From IMG/VR virus record IMGVR_UViG_3300011269_000001: 64,000 nt of DNA; one strand, given 5' to 3'. This DNA is from a virus. The notes under the pieces were generated by a model. It did no database searches. It saw only the letters and a program-made list of their open reading frames with translations, and had not been told where the DNA came from. Position numbers and translations under genes: made by a program. Below are positions 58,277-64,000 of this stretch, one piece after another; within the stretch, counting starts at the first letter, position 1, and every line of letters begins with the position of its first letter.

Positions 58277-60895
58277 ATGTTTCTCGACCTGACAGAGCAC
58301 TTGAAAGAGCTACGCGAGACTGCGGCTCTGATTTTGCCCCGGGTTGAAAAGATTCTTGCCGTCCGGCGGAATCTCAGAGCCTTCAAAGACCATCTGGGAG
58401 TGGTTCGCTACTGCAGCTCTGACGTCAATGCGGTCGTGGACACCGTGGAGATAACTCACAGGACCGATGAAGAAGACGGGGTCCTGGAAATTCTACCGTC
58501 GGTTCTGGACGAGGGAATGCACATCTACTCGGACCCGCCAATTTTCATCCTCGGGTATCGGAATCCGAAAGGCTTTGGAGAAGTTCCGCTGCATGATTGG
58601 CGGGACATTCTCAATGACAATAATATTTCTGATGCCGTCATCCGGAAGGTCCGGTTGTATTTCAAGAAGCACGCGGCCGTGAACTACGACCAAGTCTCGG
58701 AAGAGCCAAAACCGGTTGAGGTAAAACCGTAGACTGTGGTAAACTCCTAGCTTAGGAGACTATCATGGCCACTGCAGAAGAACGACTCGATGCTTTTCGT
58801 CGCGATGCCATGAAGGCATTGTTGGAGAAGAACGCAGGTCCTTTGCTTTTTAATGGTATCCTTTGTGAGGATGCTCGCTGGGAAGAGTATAGCGTCAACA
58901 CGAAAAAAGTCATTCAGCGCTTGGCGGAAATTGCCGAGACCGTGGCTCAAGAACAATTGAAGGCTTCTTACCGTGGGTGATATTGAAGCCAAAATCCGTT
59001 GGGACCAAGACGCCAACGCTTGTTCGAAGATTCCGCAAAGGACCTGGGAGCAAAAGAAAATCCCATTCAATGAGTGGATAAACAAGATAGATATTTACTT
59101 GGACCGGGATGTCAGGTTGTATCCGAACTATTGGGCAGAAATCACCAGGCGCGCAAATGCTGAAGCGTTGCCCCTGCGCGAGCAAGAATTGGACCATTAC
59201 AAGGAAGAGCGTATACCTTCGACTTGGGACTACGCCACGACTCGGACTCGGCAAGTTCCGGTGATGAAGACTGTGGTTTATATGCCGGCAAAGGCTATCC
59301 GTCGAATGCGCGCCAAGTATCAATTGGAGAATCCTCCACGCCCGAAGTATGGTCCGAAGATTGATTTCTGGATTCAGGATGAACTCCGTGACCTTGTCAA
59401 AGAGCACGGTGACCACTGCAATAACAACTGGCGCTGGGCGGACAAAAAGAAAAATGGGGAAGTCCGGAGGTATAAGCGCGCCCGGGACAGCGGCTGCTGC
59501 GGTTCGTACGACACCGAGGTCGAGTACAAGCCCATCTTTGGGAAGCCTCGAACCTTTCTGCTAGGGTTCAACTATGGACACTAAAGAAATTCGTGTCTGT
59601 GCTCGATGTAAACATGAAATTCAAGGCAACGACATTCACCTGGCGTTGCCAGACGGCTTCAAACGTCTCTGTGCGATTGTAACCAATCTTCTGGGGACTG
59701 AAAAATGACCACGCGCCGGAGTGCAACTGGAATTGACCTGGAAAAGCTCAAATCAGACCCCGGCACCGAGGTCTTCCACAAGAAATGTGACCAGCGCGTT
59801 TTCTACGACCCGGTCACGGACTATTTTGACTGTACCAACAACCACGGGGTCCACAACGCCAAGTCTCCGTGCCCACGTTGGAAGGGGTATATCTGCGACG
59901 AGCATCAGTGGAATCAGCGTGTCCTTATAACCGGGCAGCCAACTTTGGGCTGGAAGGCGTATTTGGCCGAATATTTTTACGTCAACGCTCCCGACTTGGA
60001 AATGGTCTGGAAGCTGTACTTTGACGAGAAGCTTGGCTGCACGATGTCCAGGGAAATGACACCCGAGGAACTCCAAGAATATTATCACCGAGTCTCGCCT
60101 TGGTCCACGGCCGGCCGCAGGTTGTGATATACTACGCGCATGTTTGGAAAGTACGACTGCATCGAAGACCCGGAGATTGAAATGGAACAGCAAGAAGCGA
60201 AGAAACTGGATTTTGACGAAGTGCAGGATTTCGTGGCGCGAGCCCAACAGCAAGGCTATCCGCTGGATTTTACCGGTGACATTGCGGAGGGTTCGCCAGC
60301 TTGGGTTAGGCTCCAAATTGCCAATCTTGAAGGAATGGCAGCAAAAGGCCCTCTCAGTGATATTGATGCTCAGTACCTTGTCAGTCTTCGCGATGCTCTT
60401 GGCCGAGGTAATGTTCAGGAGTTTGTTTTCGTTGAGAATCTACTCCGAGAGAAACTTGGCAAAAACTACGCCAAGTTTGTGCGCCGACGTGGCAAGCACT
60501 CTGAAGAGCTGAAGCGCCTGGAAGCCATTAACGCAGAACTTCAGAAAGAGGTTGAGCTTGCGGCTCAGCTTCGTGGTGGGGCCTATCCCAGGTTAAATCA
60601 CATGACCACGGAAATCGATGAAGTTAGCGGGGGGTCGGTTGATGTTCCTAATACACTCGCTGCTGCTTTTGAGGGCTATTCGGCCCAGGCCCGCATTGAC
60701 CCAGGAACGTATATCGTCGATGTCGACAAGAATCACAGGCTTACCAGCTTCAAAGTTGAGCCCAAGACCTCGGAACAGACTGCGACTTCGCTCGGTGGTA
60801 AGATTATTCCGGTCAGTTTTTGGACTCGGGTTTACAATTGGTTTTTCCTCTTGGGCCGCTATCGTTTCGGGGGCTCCTTCCGCAATCGTGAGTAG
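58277..60895 (+). other. plus-strand hypothetical ORFs 58277-58732, 58765-58980, 58973-59584, 59705-60127, 60140-60895
   Basis: SD sequences or promoter motifs upstream; contiguous packing. Confidence 0.65.
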
Positions 60896-60898
60896 ACA

Positions 60899-61750
60899 AT
60901 GGCCATTGAAGCCAAAGTTCTTGCCGACAGCATCGCCAATGGCCATCGGCTGACGACCTTTCAGCTGAAGTTTCCGCGTTTCATCTTGGCTGAGTTCAAC
61001 ACTCATCGGGCCTTGAGCCGGAATGCAAGTTCCAGCCGGGCCATCCCGGTCAAGAAGGTACTGCAGATGGTCAGAGAAGACCCCGCAATGCCGGTGTTCT
61101 GGGGCAAGAATCAACCGGGCATGTTGGCTGAGGAAGAGATTTCCGGCGGAGTCAAAGATATTGCCATCAGGCGTTGGCTTCGGTTCCGGGACGATGCTGT
61201 CCACGAGGCAGAATGGTTCGACTACAATGGAATCCATAAGCAACTCAGTAACAGATTAGTCGAGTTATGGATGAACGCGCATGTTGTCTGTACAGGCACT
61301 GAATGGGAAAACTTTTACGCTCTGCGAACAGACAAAATGGCCCAACCGGAAATGAAGGTGCTGGCTGATACTATGCTCGAAGCCCACAATGCCAGCACCC
61401 CAGTCTCTCGCGAACCCTCCTGGGCCGATGAAGAAATTAACTGGCATCTTCCGTATATCAGCGAGGAAGACCGTCGTATTCTCCTGTTCCCGAATGCCAT
61501 GAAAGTTAGTGTAGCCCGATGCGCCCGAGTTTCGCTTGTAAACCACGACGGGACAACCCATAATCTGGGTAGAGATATAGAGCTTCATGACCAGCTGAAA
61601 AACAATGGCCACGTCTCGCCGTTCGAACACCAAGCCAGGCCCGCGATAGATGATGAGACTGGCTCTGGCAACTTCCGGGGTTGGATGCAGTACCGGTATT
61701 TCCTTCCCAACGAAAACCGGTCCTTCGAAGGACTTCGGAGGATATCATGA
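60899..61750 (+). CDS. thyX: flavin-dependent thymidylate synthase
   Basis: PRFILAEFNTHRALSRNASSSRAIP, HKQLSNR, ARCARVS, HVSPFEHQA. Confidence 0.9.
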   Translation: MAIEAKVLADSIANGHRLTTFQLKFPRFILAEFNTHRALSRNASSSRAIPVKKVLQMVREDPAMPVFWGKNQPGMLAEEEISGGVKDIAIRRWLRFRDDAVHEAEWFDYNGIHKQLSNRLVELWMNAHVVCTGTEWENFYALRTDKMAQPEMKVLADTMLEAHNASTPVSREPSWADEEINWHLPYISEEDRRILLFPNAMKVSVARCARVSLVNHDGTTHNLGRDIELHDQLKNNGHVSPFEHQARPAIDDETGSGNFRGWMQYRYFLPNENRSFEGLRRIS

Positions 61751-63629
61751 GGGGAACAATCAGAGACGCGTTGGTCCAGGACCTGATGACCATGGACCGC
61801 CGGGAAACGGTCCGGGAACTCGACACTTTCCTGGTGGACCTGTACAAGGCCTTGGCAGACTACGACCTGAACAAAGGCGATGCGCATTATCTCAGTGTCA
61901 CCCCCGAGCTTCAATACCTTGAGGAAGTGGCAATCTTGAGTCGAGAGCGGTTCCTGAAGATTGGTCGACCGCCCGCCCCTCCTCTGCCGGCTGCAGGTGG
62001 CAAATGACCGACGACATCAAAAAGAAACTGGCCGAGATTGCCGAGAAGATGAAGACCGCGACTCCGGCGCAGAAGAAGGTCCTCAGCAAAGAGCTAGATA
62101 AGCTCTTGAACACCCGGGCCGAGGAGTCTCCTGAGGACTTTTACCCTGAACCTCAATACATCGGATACGATGATGAATTCTTCGAAGATGAGAAAGACTC
62201 CGAAGATGACATCCTGGATTACTAAATGGACACTGAAATCAAAGCCAAGTGCGAGCATCAACTGCTGGTTATCCAGGACATGCGTCGGGCTCAGTCGGTA
62301 GCTGACAACGACTATTTCAAAGTCCTGGTCTGTTTGAGCCACGAATATCTCAAAGGCGATGATGTCAACATGTGCCTCTCCCTTTTGAATCAATGCGCGC
62401 CCGCATACTTCAAGGACGTCCAGCCGCAGCAGATGCGCGAAGACCCCATGTATTGTGGCCTGGTCATTCTTCTGGCAGAGCTAATTCAGAAGAAGGGTTT
62501 GGTAGAATATGTACAGGGCGGTTTGATTCCAACCCAGGCTCCGGGGCTAGCATGAGCGAAAATACCGAGAACATCGAATCCGTATCTGACGAAGTCGTAG
62601 CTATTGAGAAGGTCTTCACTCAGGAAGAAACTAAGCTTTTTAGAACCAAGGCTCTTCTCTTTCAGTTGACCGGCGAAGCCCTGAGGGCTAAGGTCGAGCA
62701 TGCTCCGTCGGTACCGGTCTTTTCTGGGGAGAAGCTAATCGGGTATGCCAGTACCTGGCAAGACGGCCCGAGAGTGAGCGCCGAATTGGTCATCGACTAC
62801 TCGACTCCTGAGCGTCTGGAAATCGAGAACGGTGGAGCCCTCTACGCTGCCCCTCAGGTCGAGTTCTACCAGATGGTCGAGACCTCGCCGTATTCCATGC
62901 AGTGGATTCCCACAGTCATCAGGGTCCTTCAAATCAAGATTGTCAACAAGAAGCTTTTCGAAGGTATGGAGCCCATCGGGAAGATTTTATGAAACCCGTT
63001 CCCGGATGGTGTTTTTTGTCTGGAACTACTATCTGGGTTGAACCAGCTGAGGACAAATCAATGTTGATGACTTTGGAAGAGTTTTTGAAGAAGTTCCCTG
63101 AAGTGAAAAGCGCCCGGGGACTTGACCTAAACAGCCTACAAGGTCTCATGTCAACCACAGAGCGCGAGCAAGAAATCGGACGGCAGGTTCTTAGGAATCT
63201 GAAGCAAAAAGCTGATGTATGAACAGGCAGGAAATTTGGTATCCCCACTGGGTTTTCGTGGTCGGAGGTCGAGCGATGGTCTGGAAATTTGGTGACGAGC
63301 ACATAGCGAGTTACCGAGAGCATCTCCCCGACGGTAATTTTCGTCAGTCTGGTCGTTGGGCCAAGGCCCGAACCGCAGAAGAGGCAGCCGACACGGTCAA
63401 TGACCTATACTTCCGGTACGAGTTGTTGCCTTTTATAGGATATACTTGCGAGACGTGCGGAGGCTCCTACGACGCCCAGGGGCTGGATAGCATCTTGATT
63501 GTCGGGGTGAAATCTTGTGATGCCTGCATGAACGTTTTGTTGAGTTTGGGGCTCGACACTCTGGGTAAGCTCAAGCACTTTGTACAGATGTTCAAACACG
63601 CTTGGGAAGGACAGGACATCTTTGACTGA
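61747..63629 (+). other. hypothetical ORFs 61747-62007, 62004-62225, 62226-62555, 62552-62992, 62989-63222, 63219-63629
   Basis: chain of mostly ATGA overlaps. Confidence 0.65.
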
Positions 63630-63966
63630 ACACGACGTAGACGACGGACACTGCAGCTGCGGGGCCACCCATGACCTCTTTGCTGACCAGGCTTACCTTG
63701 AGAGAATCAGGACCTTGGAAGGCAAAACCCACCCCGGGCCGTGGATTGATGAATACAGTTACAGAATGCGTTTCCCAGATGGGATGCTGATTGCTGAGTT
63801 TAAGCACGTTGAGGATTGGCCAGTCAAGCCCAGCGGTGCTGACGTTGCATTCCTGGCCCAGAGTCGCGAGACCGTGCCTTGGCTCCTGAATCTGGTCGAC
63901 CGGACTCAAAGCTATGTCCGGGCACTCAGGGCAGAGATTCAGGCCCTCCGAGCCGGGGACCATTGA
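63622..63966 (+). CDS. Ead/Ea22-like protein (paralogue of 42399-42707)
   Basis: THPGPW...ADVAFLAQSRETVPWLL. Confidence 0.55.
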   Translation: MTEHDVDDGHCSCGATHDLFADQAYLERIRTLEGKTHPGPWIDEYSYRMRFPDGMLIAEFKHVEDWPVKPSGADVAFLAQSRETVPWLLNLVDRTQSYVRALRAEIQALRAGDH

Positions 63967-64000
63967 TTGCCGGAAGAGTGAGATGAACAACAAGGTCTAC

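Noticed and set aside
62552-62992. Possible second prohead-protease-like fragment
   Set aside because: Only a vague beta-strand pattern; no catalytic motif or alignment to the 30894 protease
1-64000. Genome-wide stop codon reassignment
   Set aside because: TAA, TAG and TGA all terminate intact genes; only one in-frame TGA case was seen

Overview
A 64-kb segment of a large lytic dsDNA tailed phage, with Herelleviridae/SPO1-Twort-style head genes and no recognisable tail module in the window. Bases 1-15.1 kb (minus strand) hold a replication/metabolism arm: DnaE-type polymerase, metallophosphoesterase, class II RNR, EndoVII, Rad50/SbcC, GroEL and a GIY-YIG/wHTH protein. An AT-rich strand switch at about 15.2 kb carries five TGAAGCCTCA repeats (candidate origin). 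Bases 15.4-39.6 kb (plus strand) encode a kinase, SF2 helicase, HNH, sigma factor, a cryptic GroES, Mre11/SbcD, terminase, portal, MuF, prohead protease, scaffold and major capsid protein (MCP). Two tRNAs and about 24 kb of small accessory ORFs follow (ThyX, oligoribonuclease-like, PRTase, DUF932, HAD, PQ-loop). Main novelties: (1) The prohead protease is a 1282-aa polyprotein whose LxK|A-type sites delimit an HhH-GPD glycosylase-like domain and a PI3/4K/HipA-like kinase. It is coupled to a GGDEF cyclase with no I-site and an altered specificity residue, suggesting protease-released, virion-packaged effectors. (2) A cluster of accessory ORFs at 43.5-47.1 kb carries degenerate copies of the phage's own capsid and portal segments, plus tube/sheath-like segments, making them candidate decoys for host pattern-recognition defence. 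(3) A DUF4326 gene has an in-frame UGA at a conserved Cys followed by a SECIS-like hairpin. (4) An orphan DinJ-type antitoxin C-terminal module. All calls are by-eye motif recognition; no searches were run.
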